From Eledone cirrhosa (Eukaryota), in assembly GCA_964016885.1 (NCBI GenBank), contig OZ024741.1:293880001-293944000 (forward strand): a DNA stretch of 64,000 nt, read 5' to 3'. This document shows positions 12,949-26,128 of this stretch, one piece after another (within the stretch, counting starts at the first letter, position 1; each line of letters begins with the position of its first letter). The position numbers and the translations under genes are program-made. The notes below the pieces were generated by a model. The model searched no databases. It was not told where the DNA came from and saw only the letters and a list, made by a program, of their open reading frames with translations.

Positions 12949-14145
12949 TATTAAATCATATCTTACATATACAAACTTGGTCCACTTATGTATCACTTTT
13001 GCATGTCCTAGATCTCTGAAATATTTTGATTTCATACCAGCCATTGGCAATGATATTTTTCATCCATTTTGATTTGTTTGTTTTTGGCAGAATAGATAAA
13101 GAATTGGACAGCTGATTTACAGTATTTGTTCTGGTTCTTTACATTCTGAGTTCAAATCCTACAAAGGTCAATTTTGTTGGTCATCCTACTATATTAGATT
13201 ATTAGAAATTTTCTCAGAAGGTGACAAGGTTCCTTGTTAATGATTTAGTTGCACACTGCTAAATACAATGTGAAGAACATACATCTTCATGATCAAAATT
13301 ATAGATTAAGATTATTTTATATAGATATATATATACTTGATAAAGTACACTTTATCAAGTGGTTGCCAATAGAAGAGAGACGACATAGAGTGAAAATGTC
13401 TCTTTAGTCTTCTGGAGGATATAATATGATAACCTCTCTAGTGTTGGTTACATGATAAAATGTAGCCAATACATTCTCTAATTGGTTAATGATTAGAGGA
13501 CTTTTGAGTTTTGTTGGAGACATGACAACCTCTCTAGTGCTGGTGTCATGATAAAATATGCATATGATAGAATACATGATTGTATTAAGCAGGATGCAGT
13601 CATCTTGGCCTGTCTGGGAGATGGGAGGTCAGTACTTACTTGGTCTATGTATGTAGAGCTGTCCAACCTTTGCTAGCAGGGAAAACCGATGTTAAATGAG
13701 GATGATGATGATAATGCACTATAAAGTGGTTGGTGTTAGGAAGGACATTCAACCATAGAAACAGTATGTTGATGAGGTCCTTTAATCTAGGTAGGAGAGC
13801 AGTAATTCTGATTAAGAACTGACCCAGGTTATAACAATCCGGCCAACCCTTGTTGGCATGGAACCCAGACAAAAAATTATGATCAATCCACTGGATCTTG
13901 TTTAGTAGAATATATGAAGGTTTGATTGCATCATTTGAAATATTCATTGCTAAGACACCTATGGAAGATGCAGAATTAATGAATTTATTTGGATGATGAT
14001 AATGTTAATGATGATGATGGTAGTTGTGATGGTTGTGGTGGTGATAAGAATGGTGGTGGTGGTGGTTGTGATGGTGGTGATGATAATGATGATGGTGGTG
14101 GTGGTGGTGGTGATGGTGCTCCATTAGATGTTTCTCCAAATCTAG

Positions 14146-14317
14146 GGAATGCTTTCTGATACCCAATCCTTAAATATAATTATTGACTTATTTAATTGAT
14201 TCTTGTGATAATCTTGTCATTAAATTATATTTGCATAATTATTGAATTATTTTCATTTTATTTAATTTTGATTTTCAATTAATTTATTTTCTTTTATTTT
14301 TGTATTTGCAGGTAAGT
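14146..14317 (+). promoter_or_regulatory. Candidate recursive splice site (3' splice site directly followed by a 5' splice site)
   Basis: About 160-nt AG-free U-rich tract, then TTTGCAG|GTAAGT at 14311/14312. Confidence 0.55.
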
Positions 14318-14908
14318 TCACCGAAAGGAAAATTTGAACATGTTTCACTTGAATATCGTAGGAGAGAATTATATTTATTTTTTTAGAAAAAAATGTTGCC
14401 TTAGGTAGGTTGAATTTAAATTTGCATTTTAATGGAAACATGAAAAGTAAAAACAAAACAAATAAAAGAAATTTTGAGATAAAAATTTACAATGTTATTT
14501 TTTTAATTTAATGGGTTTTTTCTTCAGAGAATAACAAGCAGATGTAAACATGTTTAAATTCAAATTCACAGACATATACTTTGATCTGTTAATCAATAAG
14601 TGAATCATTTAACTCAATTATTCAATAAAGGTTTATATATTTACCTCTCATGCAAGTGTGATAAAAAGTGTTGACTACTGTTTGAAGCTTTCTAAAGCAG
14701 ATCTCTTACCTATTTATTGATTTTAGTCATTAGGCTACGGCCAGACTGGAGTGCCACCTACAATGGATTTAGTTAGTTATATCATCAATCTCAGTACTTT
14801 TTTTTCTTTTTACTCTGGTAATTATTACATTGATTTCTATTTCTTGAACTGTTGTGTAGAAGAATACAGAAACATGAATCGATCTATACACACATGTGCA
14901 TGTATATA

Positions 14909-14951
<43 letters not shown>

Positions 14952-15053
14952 TTTATTAAAATAACAGATTAAAGTTTAAGCAAAGAATCGCTGCTTTCAC
15001 CCTTAACGGGATCTTCTGAAACTAACAAAGTCAATCTGTTAGTTTTATTTATA

Positions 15054-15088
<35 letters not shown>

Positions 15089-15947
15089 TAATAGTAGACA
15101 GTTTTTGTCTACCAAATTTCATTCACAGGGCATTGGTCCATCTAAGACTATAGAAGACATATGTCAGTTTGTTTTTAAAAGTGTGTCTGTGGGTTTGTGT
15201 GTATATATATATATATTTATTTGATGAAAACAAGAGGCCAGACTGGGAAAATCCATTTAAAGTTTTATTGTTGCAAAAAACACTATATATATTTTAAGGG
15301 CCTGGTTGCATAAGACCACGTGATATCATCAGATGCTCATTGCATAATCAGTTAATCAATAAAAGGAATTACGGCAAACATAAACAGACAATAGAGAAAA
15401 TAGTTTATGTGGAGATGGCCCACGAAATTAGTGTTACTGTTGCGGCAGTCCATCGCCAAATGGTCTGCCACAACAGTAACACAGACTATACACTCCACAA
15501 CTGATGATGTCACCATGATTTTATATAACCAGGCCATTAGAATATATATATATATTTATATACATACATATATATATGTGTGTGTGTGAGTGGAGTTATA
15601 TATTCAATCATATACAAAATGTTCATGTAAATAAATATTTTTATAGCTTCTCTATGAATTTTAGAAGTAGTGAATTTAACCACTGGTCTTTAGCATCCAG
15701 GCAAGGAAGAGCGCCCTAACAGTGCCATTTCTGGTTCCTTAACTATTATCAGAGAGGCTTACTCCTTGGATGCTAAGACAAAAATAAGCTAAAGTCTTAT
15801 AGGTTTTATGCTTATGAACATTGGCTGATGAAGCTCATTTGCACACACACACATACACACATATATATATACATATATACAAATATACACTGAGAATACT
15901 CAAATTTTACAAATATTCTATACACTCATTGCTTCAAACCTTTCGAA

Positions 15948-16034
<87 letters not shown>

Positions 16035-19000
16035 CGAGAGAGAGAGAGAGAGAGAGAGATTCACACACTTACATATGTATACACTCACAGAAAAAAAAAC
16101 ACTCATACATACACTAACACTGTAAAAATTAAGAATTGGAAAGTATTTTGAAATTCTCAAAGAGTGCTATTATTTCTCATCATTTTAAGTTTACTCATTT
16201 CACTCACACCCTTCATCTAATTTCCCCTTGAGTCGCCAGTGTTGTGGGTTGAATGTAGGTTGGATCAATATAGCATCTCCCTCCATTCATCTCCATAATG
16301 AGCTACGACTTGACTTGTTGGGTAGTTTTTACCAACTTATTCCTTGATGTTGACCAATTTTTTTCTTTGGATATCCATTTCCTCCTTATCTCCTTTTGCT
16401 TTATTTATAGTAATTAGCTAGTCTTCATAGTTGCCGACATGCTGCCTGATTTCTGTGCAAATGCTTACACTCAGATCCCCAATAATATGGGAGTCGGAAT
16501 AAGTGGGGCAGTTGGAAAAGGCTGTTTCCCTTGATTTTTTTTAGAAATCAGAATTAGTTGGTTAGTTTACATATTGACCCCAACCCATCCTATTTATTTT
16601 ATAACATATGGGATTTATAGTAATGTTCTTTTTTTTGTCATGTATAATGTTTTTTAATGTCTAAAGAAAATTGCTGCAGGAATGCTACCACTTAAAATAA
16701 ACCTCACAGGAGATATATGAGTAAAATTTAATTAGTAGCAAATCTGGAACATTAATAAGCATGGGGAGGGGTGGATGATAATTCGAGACCTGAGAGTCTG
16801 TGATCAAAGTAGGATATACCCATGATTTTTGTACAGCATTTCATTTCAAATATCAGTGTTTTTCTCTGTAATTCACTTCATACCATATGGTCTTATTAAC
16901 ACTTTCATCACCACATTTCTAATCACTCTATTTTAATTAATTAATAATTTCAAAGGATTTAATTAGATTATTAATTATTTCATTACTAAAATAGTAACTT
17001 TTGTAAGTTCCTTATATAAAATTATGTTGGAAAATTTTTATTTAAATTGGAAACCTTTAAAATGGGTGGTTTTATTTCATAAAGCCAGAGCCAGATTTTG
17101 CTGGTTTTGTAACTAAAGGATTAAATAAAATGATAATACTTCAACAGAGAGCATCTATTATATATTGACAATAAATGTCATTTATGAGGTGCTTTTTTTT
17201 GTTCTATCAATATTATAATTTTGTTTTTATCTCTTGTTTAAATTAAAATTTAAAACAAACAAATCTGGATTTCTCACATTTTCTTCTCTTTTTTGTATAA
17301 TATAAAAGTAAATATATTTTATATTATATTTTCTCAGAAAAGGAACAGATGTCAAATAGTTTAAACATTGAATCATGACATAATACATACATGTGTATGT
17401 GTGTGTGCATATGTGTGTGTGTGTTGCAAAGGTAAAATATAAATATAAAGCTTAATGTATGTAGAGAATTATATATGATAGTATTTAATTGCTGCGTAGC
17501 TTCAGAATTAGCTCAATGTGTTTATATATTATTTGTATGAAGAAAAGGTAGATTTTCTTTTAGGGAGAGAAAGCTGGAAAGGTAGACACAAAACAGAACA
17601 AATTTTTTAATCCTCTGAAAATGGAGGTACAAACTATATCTCTATATCATTTTTTATGTATAGATCTTCATTATACGAAATTCTCACCCAACATTCTTTT
17701 AATAATTTGATGTAGAACTCTCTTGAAATGTGTAAGGAACTAAAAATGATTTAAAAGCTAATTTTTCCATCTATATATTTGATTATATATATATTATTTT
17801 CATCACTGTTTAATATTTATTTTCCATGCTTGCATAAGTTAGAGGAGCTGTCAGGTAGTGAGGCCAGACTGGTCTGGTGACCACATCTTGCTCATACACT
17901 TCATTTATCTCTTAGTTTCTATGATTCTATGATTGGATGCCTTTCCTAATGGCAACCCCTTTTCAGCATGGATATGGAAAATTTCATCGTAACCCTGATA
18001 CTACTACCTTATAAAGAGGACTGGGTGCTTTTTCTAATGGCATCAGCATTACAACATTATAGAGTGGACTGGGTACATTTTTATTGTGGCACCTATACTA
18101 GGAAGGCAGTCATGAGAGTATGGGTAGGGTCATACCACTATGGGAGATGAAGCAGTGAGTAAAAAAAGGTGACATAGAAGAGAATGAATTGTGTTTGGTG
18201 GTATATTGTGACATGTATGTGGCCTTCCTTGCTGGCATGGGTTGGAAAAGGAACAAATATATGATGCTCTGACAGTTCTGCAAAGCTAATATCCTACACC
18301 AGTACTTTATTTATTGACCCCAAAATGTTGAAAGGCAAATTTGAGAAGCAGAGAACTGGAATAGATACCACAAGGCATTTCATCTAATTCTTAAACAATT
18401 TCATCAATTATTTGCCCTGAACTGTTATTTCATTTATTTATCACAAAAGGATGAAAGTTAAAATTGATCTTGGTAGGATTTGAATTCCATGTGCAAAGAG
18501 CTGGAACATAATTCATAAGTATTTCATTTGGCAATTTAACAATTCTGCCAATCTTCAGGCATGGATTGGTACTATAATTTATTGACCTGCAAAAGATTTT
18601 CAGAATCTTCCCTACATATTTTCCCCACAAAACTGCAGCTATATTTACACCCTTGCTAGATTGCTATATGGCATAAATAATAATTGAAACAGAGAAATGT
18701 TTATACATAGGGAAAAACAGATACACAATAGCATGAGTGAATTGTGTTTTTATCAAAGTACTTGAAATTGTGAATTCAGTTCATGGAAACCCAGTACCAC
18801 CTTTCTGTACTCCCAGGGTTCTGCAGACCCCAGTTTGAGAATCACTGGTATAAATAATCTCTTCCTTGATGAAATACAAAGTTGATCTTGGGAGGATATG
18901 AACTCAGGGTACTGGGAGCTAAAGCAAATACATCAAGGTGTTTTGTCCTACATGCTAACTAACTTGTTAACTTGTTGATTTAAAGTTGACAGTGTACTTA

Positions 19001-20476
19001 ACATGAACAACAGTTTCAAAGAACTAATGTCCAACATACATGAAAATTGTGTTCCATCATTCTGTAATTTGCGAAATGACGTGTTGTACAGCAAATAATT
19101 GTTGGTAATTCTTTGGTCTTTGGTGGTCCCATTATATAGTCTGTGTGAAGAAGAAACAATCAGATCAGATCTGTGATGTTAATGGAGCTCAGGGGAAATA
19201 TTTCTGTAGATTTAATGTTAGAGATTGGTTGCTGGAATTGGCAGTAATGTATGGTCTTCAAACATGTATAGATATATTCAGACATTAGAGACACATGGGG
19301 ACTTTTGTCTTCATCATTGTCATTTTCATTATTATCCCTTTCATCATCACCATTAACATCACCATCATTGACACTATCATAATTATTGTAGTCGCCATCA
19401 TCATCACAATCACCAAAAGTATCACCCTTGTGTTAATGATGAACATCATCACTATCTTTGCATTTACTGTAATCAATATCATCATCATCAGCATTATCAT
19501 TAGTTCATGGTCATCATAATCATCAACTTCACCAACATCACTATGGTGACATCGTCACAATCATCACTACAACGACCATTGTCTTCATCATCATTATTAT
19601 TGGCCTTATCATAGCTGGTGTCATCAATGTTACTACAACTGCCCTTAACATCATCTTCATCATATTCATCAATGCCAGTAAGAGTAAAGGGTAATGCTAA
19701 AGACCTTCTTCGGTCACAAATCACTATGGCATTTGCACCTAGAAAGTTCCTAGAAAGCACCTAGAAATAGCTTGTGAGTTAAACCATCGATAAACCAATG
19801 TCCTCTCCACTGCTGGTCTTATATTCTCAGATGCTTAACACTAAGAAAAGAGGGGATATGCACTGGCCTGATAATTCTTCGTCTTAGAGCAGACTTTAAC
19901 TAACGAACTAGAGACTAAACAGCAACAACAAAAACAATTATAGCTCAGACATAAATTCCATCATAACAAAATTATTCCTGTTCATTCTGACTAATTAATT
20001 CAGTAAAATAATTTATACAATGTCATGAAATTATTATTTTGGTTTGACCATAAAATTCTGCAGACATGACTGACCCTCTTCATAAAAATTCATGACAGGT
20101 AAAAATATGAACAGAACCAAAGAACTGGACTAACTAAATAAAATATTTATTTCATTTATTGCTGTTGAGGAATAACGGTCCAAATTAGAATCAGCATTTA
20201 TTGAGAAAATCTTGCTAAGAGGATTAAAAATAAATATCTAAACAAGAAAATCATGCCAAGAGCATTGATTAGTATTTAAGTTTCATAAGGTATAAACTGA
20301 AAATCTATTTTCTGTTGTTGCTTTTTTATTTATGTATTTACTTTGTTGATTTTTTTTAATCTGAAAACAATGAATATTTTATATAATTCAAAAAAAAAAA
20401 GAAAAAAAAATTTGTTACAAAACAATATAAATGAATGAAGAAATATTTGCAAGTGTTCCTTCTTTGTTGGATCAAG

Positions 20477-20507
<31 letters not shown>

Positions 20508-20510
<3 letters not shown>

Positions 20511-21050
20511 AAAAAGTATGACCCCGACGGCAGAGCTCAAGCCGTTTCGACAGCTATTTCTGGACTAAATTAGAATATTTAGCCTGGTGAATAAATAGCC
20601 GAACTTTTCAAGGGGGTACTTCCTTATATGGGAAGATTGTAGTTGTCAAGAGGATTGGTTAACACAAATAAGTCTATCATGGCATTTGGTGGGAGGTAGG
20701 GGTGGCTTAACTTGCCTGTAGAACAATAGGGGAGTGAGTGGAGCAGTCAAGCATTGAAAGTGATATGTATACAGCAGAATAGTGTATGAAGTGGAGGAGG
20801 GAGGTTATAGAATAGGTAAATTTAATGAGAGTAGGAGACAATATATATAGTAATGGAACACTGGAAGGTAATATCCGTAGTGGTAGAGCACTCAGTCCAA
20901 GGGACGAGTTAGGTAGAAGTGGTTACACAACAGTTAGTTCACCATACCGAGAACAATTGTTTCACCTTCGCGGATCTTCATCCCGAGCTGAATATCCGCG
21001 AAGGTGAAACAATTGTTCTCGGTATGGTGAACTAACTGTTGTGTAACCAC

Positions 21051-21055
<5 letters not shown>
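20508..21055 (-). mobile_element. Same family as 1-623, reverse orientation, with terminal fold-back 20914-20980 / 20989-21055
   Basis: Reverse-complement homology to about 180-556; (TA)n on both sides. Confidence 0.75.
20521..20617 (-). ncRNA. Type I hammerhead candidate, U3-A8 core variant
   Basis: Homolog of 447-542: CCCC-TTGAAAA-..-GAAA-CGGC..GCCG-TC/GGGG. Confidence 0.7.
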
Positions 21056-21092
<37 letters not shown>

Positions 21093-21436
21093 ATGTGTGT
21101 GTGTGTGTGTGTACATCTATCTATTTCTTCCCTTCAATCTTTCTCTCTCATTTATTTTGTTTGACCTGTTTAGCTTGATTTGTTTTTTGGCTTCAGTGGG
21201 TAATGCCTTCTTGACCACTTTTTCAGTTTGTATGGCGTTTTCTTAACTATTGGAGTGCTTGCCAGCATTTCTACGATTTTGTGTTTCATTTCGCTTTTTC
21301 TACCAGCCGAAATACAATTCTCGCTGAATTTATATTTATATATATGTATGTATGTATATATATATGTATGTATGTATATGTATGTATGCATATATATATA
21401 TGTATGTATATGTATGTATGTATATAAATGTATGTA

Positions 21437-21825
21437 TACATGGCTTAGTCGTTTGAGCATTGGCCTTGCAATCGAAAGGTTGTGAGTTCAATTCTCAGAC
21501 CGGGTGATGTGTTGTTTCCTTGAGCAAGACACTTTATTTCACATTGCTCCAGTTTACTAAGCTGTAGAAATGAGATGATAGGACTGGGGTCCCTATCATT
21601 CCACTGCAAAGTGGTCGTGGAGGTGCCACGGCAAAAAAGCACCCAGCCCACACTCTAAAGTGGACGTGTAGGGACCACAGAAAAAAAGCACCCACCACTC
21701 ACTGTAAATGACTTTGGTGTTAGGAAGGGCATCCAGCTGTAGAAATCAAGCCAGAATCAGTTTCTGTCCCACCCTTGCAAGCAGGGAAAAGCGGACGTCA
21801 AATGATGAATCAGGATGATGATGAT
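21437..21825 (+). mobile_element. Second copy of the same SINE, with one extra tail module
   Basis: Near-identical to 1600-1937; a tail-only copy lies on the minus strand at about 25775-25955. Confidence 0.85.
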
Positions 21826-22197
21826 ATATGTATGTGTATGTATGTATATATGTATGTATATATATGTATATATACATATATATACATACATATATATGCA
21901 TATATATACATATATATATACATACTGGCTTTGTGCAGTGCCTTTGCTCACTATAAAAGCTTCACGGCACAGGCAGTGCTTTATATCTGGAGATCTCTCT
22001 GCACTTGTCGTCACATGGTGCCATGGACCCAGCACTATGTGTCAATAATTGTTACAGGTGTAGTGTTTGTACCAGAGTTTTCAAGTCGCTGGCTGGACTA
22101 AAAAGTCACACTTGTTTAGCACATCGGTAGGGGTTATCCTACATGGATATAAAGTAGTGGCTGTACTCGAAAACGAGTTGGCAGCCACCATATGTAT

Positions 22198-22251
<54 letters not shown>

Positions 22252-22499
22252 GTATATATATGTATGTATATATATATATGTATGTATATATATGTGTGTA
22301 TATATATATATATATATAATATATATATATATAATATATATATTATATATATTTATGTAATAAACAACATAAGGCAATTATTCCATTTACCAGTGGTTTC
22401 TTAAAAGCAAAAAATGTTGCTTTCAATCATCAGAATGAAAAAAATCCTGGTCTATTTATTAATATTGGATTTTAATATTAATAAATAGACCAGGATTTT

Positions 22500-22557
22500 T
22501 TCATTCTGATGATTGAAAGCAAAATTTTTTGCTTTTAAGAAACCACTGGTAAATGGA
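22500..22557 (+). ncRNA. Type I hammerhead candidate; mirror copy on the minus strand at 22382-22439
   Basis: TTCATT-CTGATGA-TTGAAAGCAAAA..TTTTGCTTTTAA-GAAA-CCACTGG-TA/AATGGA. Confidence 0.82.
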
Positions 22558-22917
22558 ATAATTGCCTTATGTTGTTTATTACATAACTATTAAGCTCTGT
22601 TACCTACATAGAGCACTCTTTTTTCCTGGACTTTTCCGACGGAATTACTTCATCAATTAATATATATATATATATAACATATATATAATATATATATATA
22701 ATATATATAATATATATATATAATATATATGTAGATAAATCTACCAAAATATACGGTAGTCTCCAATCTGTATGAAGAACTCAATGTAATCCAAATATCA
22801 TGAAAAGAGAAGATGCATTCAAAAATGTTCGATGAAAATCACAGGAAAACAGAGTCAAGATAAATTAATAAAAACAATGAATAAAAAAAAAGAACAAGTT
22901 CCTTATATTAAAAAATT

Positions 22918-23073
22918 CATCATTTTACGATCGTTTCTAGGATATATATGTGTGTTGGTATGTATATCATATAGATCTATGTAAAAATATTACAAACTAT
23001 CAGAGGAAATATACATACCCTCAAACTATCAGAGGAAATATACATACCCTCATATGCTGTCTTCAGAAATAAT
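22918..23073 (-). ncRNA. Type I hammerhead candidate in a PLE 3' UTR (homolog of 1361-1510)
   Basis: ATTATTT-CTGAAGA-[long]-GAAA-CGATCG-TA/AAATGAT. Confidence 0.7.
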
Positions 23074-23235
23074 TGTTTCTATTTTAGGCACAAGGCCAGC
23101 AATTACTCAGTACATTACTGGTACTTTATTTTATCGACCCCGTAAGGATGAAAGGCAAAGTTAACCTCATAAAGGGACGTAACTCTATGCTTCAAAGCAT
23201 GGTGTCCGACTCTCTACCGATACTGCCAATGCACC
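23074..23235 (-). mobile_element. Same Meta-like SINE with 18-bp TSD
   Basis: TSD GCTGTCTTCAGAAATAAT at 23056-23073 and 23236-23253. Confidence 0.85.
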
Positions 23236-24479
23236 GCTGTCTTCAGAAATAATGAGCTTTGTTTATTGAAAAAAACCAACAAAGATTTAATATAATAGGT
23301 CGGTTTGGGAACAGGTTTTGAATTGACCAATAGAAAAGTAGTAAGAGGTCAAGTTGATAGAATAGTAGTAGTAGATTTTAATTTAGGGGTAGAGGAATGC
23401 AGACTTATGTCTTGAAAGGAAAGAATACTTTGGGGATGAAAAGAGGTCAAGCCGGTGAAGGGTACAAGAAAATTTGATGTTATTAAAGAATAATGTTAAA
23501 AACGAAGGAGAGTAAAATTTTAGGGTAAAGGTATTAGTGAGAAATACCAATCTTATTTAAAACACAAGGAATTTAGATCTATAACAAGAAATTAAATTAA
23601 TTATTAGGTATACTTATAGGGATACATTTATATTAATTCATATGGATGTGATAAATAAGAACTAGATGTTATTAAAGAATGTTGTTAAAAACGAAGGAAA
23701 ATAAAATTTTGGGATAAGTGTAGTAGTGAGCAATACCAATCTTATATAGACTACAAGGAATCTAGATTCATAACAGGAAATTAAATTAATTTATATGTAT
23801 ACTTTTAGGTATTAATTTTAGGAAAAGAGAGCTGTAAGAGGGAAATAAAATGAAGTTCTCTGTAGTAAAGTACTAATTATAGGTTAACTAAATTAAAAAA
23901 ACTAATTATAATAATATGTAAAATATAAGTGTAAGGTGTATATTAATTAGGTTTATAATATTTGAAGATTCTTCTAATTCCATGATTGCAAGATATAATT
24001 AATTCTTGTCGCTTATTTAATAGGATAGCCTTAGATTTCATTATTTCAAAAAGTTCCTGGGAGTATAATCTACACTCATATCTGTTATTTTGATAAGGGG
24101 TGGCCTTTTTGAGCACACTCCAGGTCAGGTTGTAATCGATATTCTTTTTTCAATAATTATTAATTGTTTCAGCCAAGGATGTTGTATTAGCTAATGCGGC
24201 ATTTTTAAAACTATGTTTGTGGGTATTAAATCTTACTTTAAATTGGTTAGATGTAGCTCCTATATATGAATAAGTTGAGTCCTTAGTACTAATTTTACAT
24301 TTATAGACTATGTTATTCCTCCACCCCTAAAGTAAATTTCTACTACTACTATTCTATCAACTTGACCTCTTACTACTTTTCTATTGGTCAATTCAAAACC
24401 TGTTCCCAAACAGACCTATTATATTAAATCTTTGTTGTTTTTTTCAATAAACAAATCTCCATGACAAATCTCCATGACA

Positions 24480-24575
24480 AAGGACCATGACAAGTGAAGA
24501 GATGCTGTGCAGAATAGGAACTGTCCAACACTTGCAAGCAGGGGAAAGCAGACGTAAAATGATAATGATGATGAT
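24480..24575 (+). mobile_element. RTE family C 3' terminal fragment
   Basis: Matches 6795-6888, including CTTGCAAGCAGGG and the (GAT)n tail. Confidence 0.7.
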
Positions 24576-24585
24576 ATATATATAT

Positions 24586-25770
24586 TTATCCCTGGAGCAC
24601 TCCAGCCAGTATCTCAAAGAAATCCGTCATCACATCAAGCTTTGGTGTTGGTGTAGAGCAGTGATATCAGGTCCACTATGTCCTTGGGGATTCCTAAGAT
24701 CTTCATTCGGCAGTGACGGTCCACAGAATCAAAGGCCTTCCTAAAGTCAATGAATACCATAACTGCAGGAAGCTCTTTGCTCTAGCTCCTTCTAATATCC
24801 TCCTCAGCATCAGGATGTGACTGGTGGTTGATCTTCCCTCTCTGAAGCCATTCTGGTTGTCTCTGAGCTTCTTCTCCATCTCGGGCTGAATCCTGTTAAC
24901 AATCATCCTGTTGATGATCTCCCAACTTTTTTATCATCTTTTTTATCCCTTGTGCTGGAGAAACACTAGGACTCTGGTATTACTGTAACACTGGTTCAGA
25001 GCAGGAGCGTTAAGGCAAAAAAGATATCGGATGCTGAATTTGCCGACGACATAGTTCTGGTGACAAACACAGAGAAGGAGGCAGAGGAGTTGATGCAGGA
25101 GGTGGAGACTGTATCGATGAGTGTGGGGCTGAGAATAAATGAGATTAAGACGAAGTATCTGGTAGAGAATATTAAGAAGCCAGAGATGATTACTAATGTA
25201 GGTGGGAAGCCGTTAGAATTGGTTGAGGACTTCCTGTATCTGGGAGCAAAGATTGGGAATACAGAAGATGATGTGGTCGAGAAGAAGAGTAAAGCCTGGT
25301 CAGCATGCCACAGTTTGAGATCGGTGTGGAAGTCGGACATTCGTAAAGACTTGAAGATCCATCTCTTTGTTGCTGTAGTGGAGTCTGTGCTGCTGTACGG
25401 GTCTGAGACTTGGACCCTGACCAAGAAACTCACTCAGGTGGTGGATGGGTGCTACACGAGAATGCTGAGGATGGCTCTGAACATTAATCAGTATACACTG
25501 AGGGAAGCCTCCCAAAAGTCAAGTCGAGAGTAGCACAGAGGAGACTGAGGTTAGCTGGACATGCTCACCGACATCCAGAGTTGACACTGCACACAGTGTT
25601 CCCGTGGAGGCCCCTGCATGGACACACTGGAAGAAGGAGACCGAGGTTGACTTATGTTGATGCCCTAAGGACAGACACTGGTCTCTTGGAGATGCAGGAC
25701 ATTGCAGTGATAATGAGGGACAGAGACCGCTGGAGAGAACTTGCCCATGGATCTCAGGTCCATGATATCA
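24586..25770 (+). mobile_element. LINE (RTE-related, distinct from families A-C) with 5' inversion
   Basis: Minus 24586-24918 encodes NQNGFREGRST..(F)IDFRKAFDSV..AGVLQG. Plus 24925-25770 continues with EFADDIVL, FLYLG, LLYGSETW, RLAGH, GRRRPRLTYVD. Confidence 0.85.
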
Positions 25771-26090
25771 TTTCATCATTCATTTCATTTTACGTCTGCT
25801 TTTTCCCTGCTTGCAAGGGTGGGACGGGAACTGATTCTGGCTTGATTTCTACAGCTGGATGCCCTTCCTAACACCAACCTCATTTACAGTGAGTGCTGGG
25901 TGCTTTTTTGCTGTGGCACCTCCACGTCCACTTTACAGTATGGGCTGGGTGCTTTTTTTTTATATATATATATAAGAAAATGGGGCTTTTTTTAAATGAA
26001 AAAAAAAACGAGATGTCCTACACAAGTGAAAGTATAAGGAAAAGAAATCGAAAATGCAACTGGAGTCTTTTTAAGAATATTTATTTGTTT

Positions 26091-26128
26091 CCTTTACTGG
26101 TTTCACAGTTCTTATGTTTTTCAAAAGT
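26091..26128 (-). ncRNA. Minimal hammerhead candidate, U3-A8 variant, partly decayed
   Basis: CTT-TTGAAAA-ACATAAGAACTGT-GAAA-CCAG-TA/AAGG. Confidence 0.55.

Larger units (their letters stand above)
22730..24456 (-). mobile_element. PLE remnant of a second type: inverted segment, GIY-YIG C-terminus, duplicated 3' UTR, hammerhead; interrupted by a SINE
   Basis: Minus-strand translation about 24318-23945: NIVYKCKI..YIGATSNQFKVRFNTHKHSF..(stop, frameshift)..LLNKRQELIISCNH. Inverted repeat about 23258-23392 / 24321-24454; internal duplication about 23477-23640 / 23666-23820. Confidence 0.8.

Noticed and set aside
14958-15050. Hammerhead-like GAAACTAACA..TGTTAGTT
   Set aside because: The upstream box is CAGATTA rather than YTGANRA, and the homologous copy at about 2235-2330 lacks the stem III pairing.
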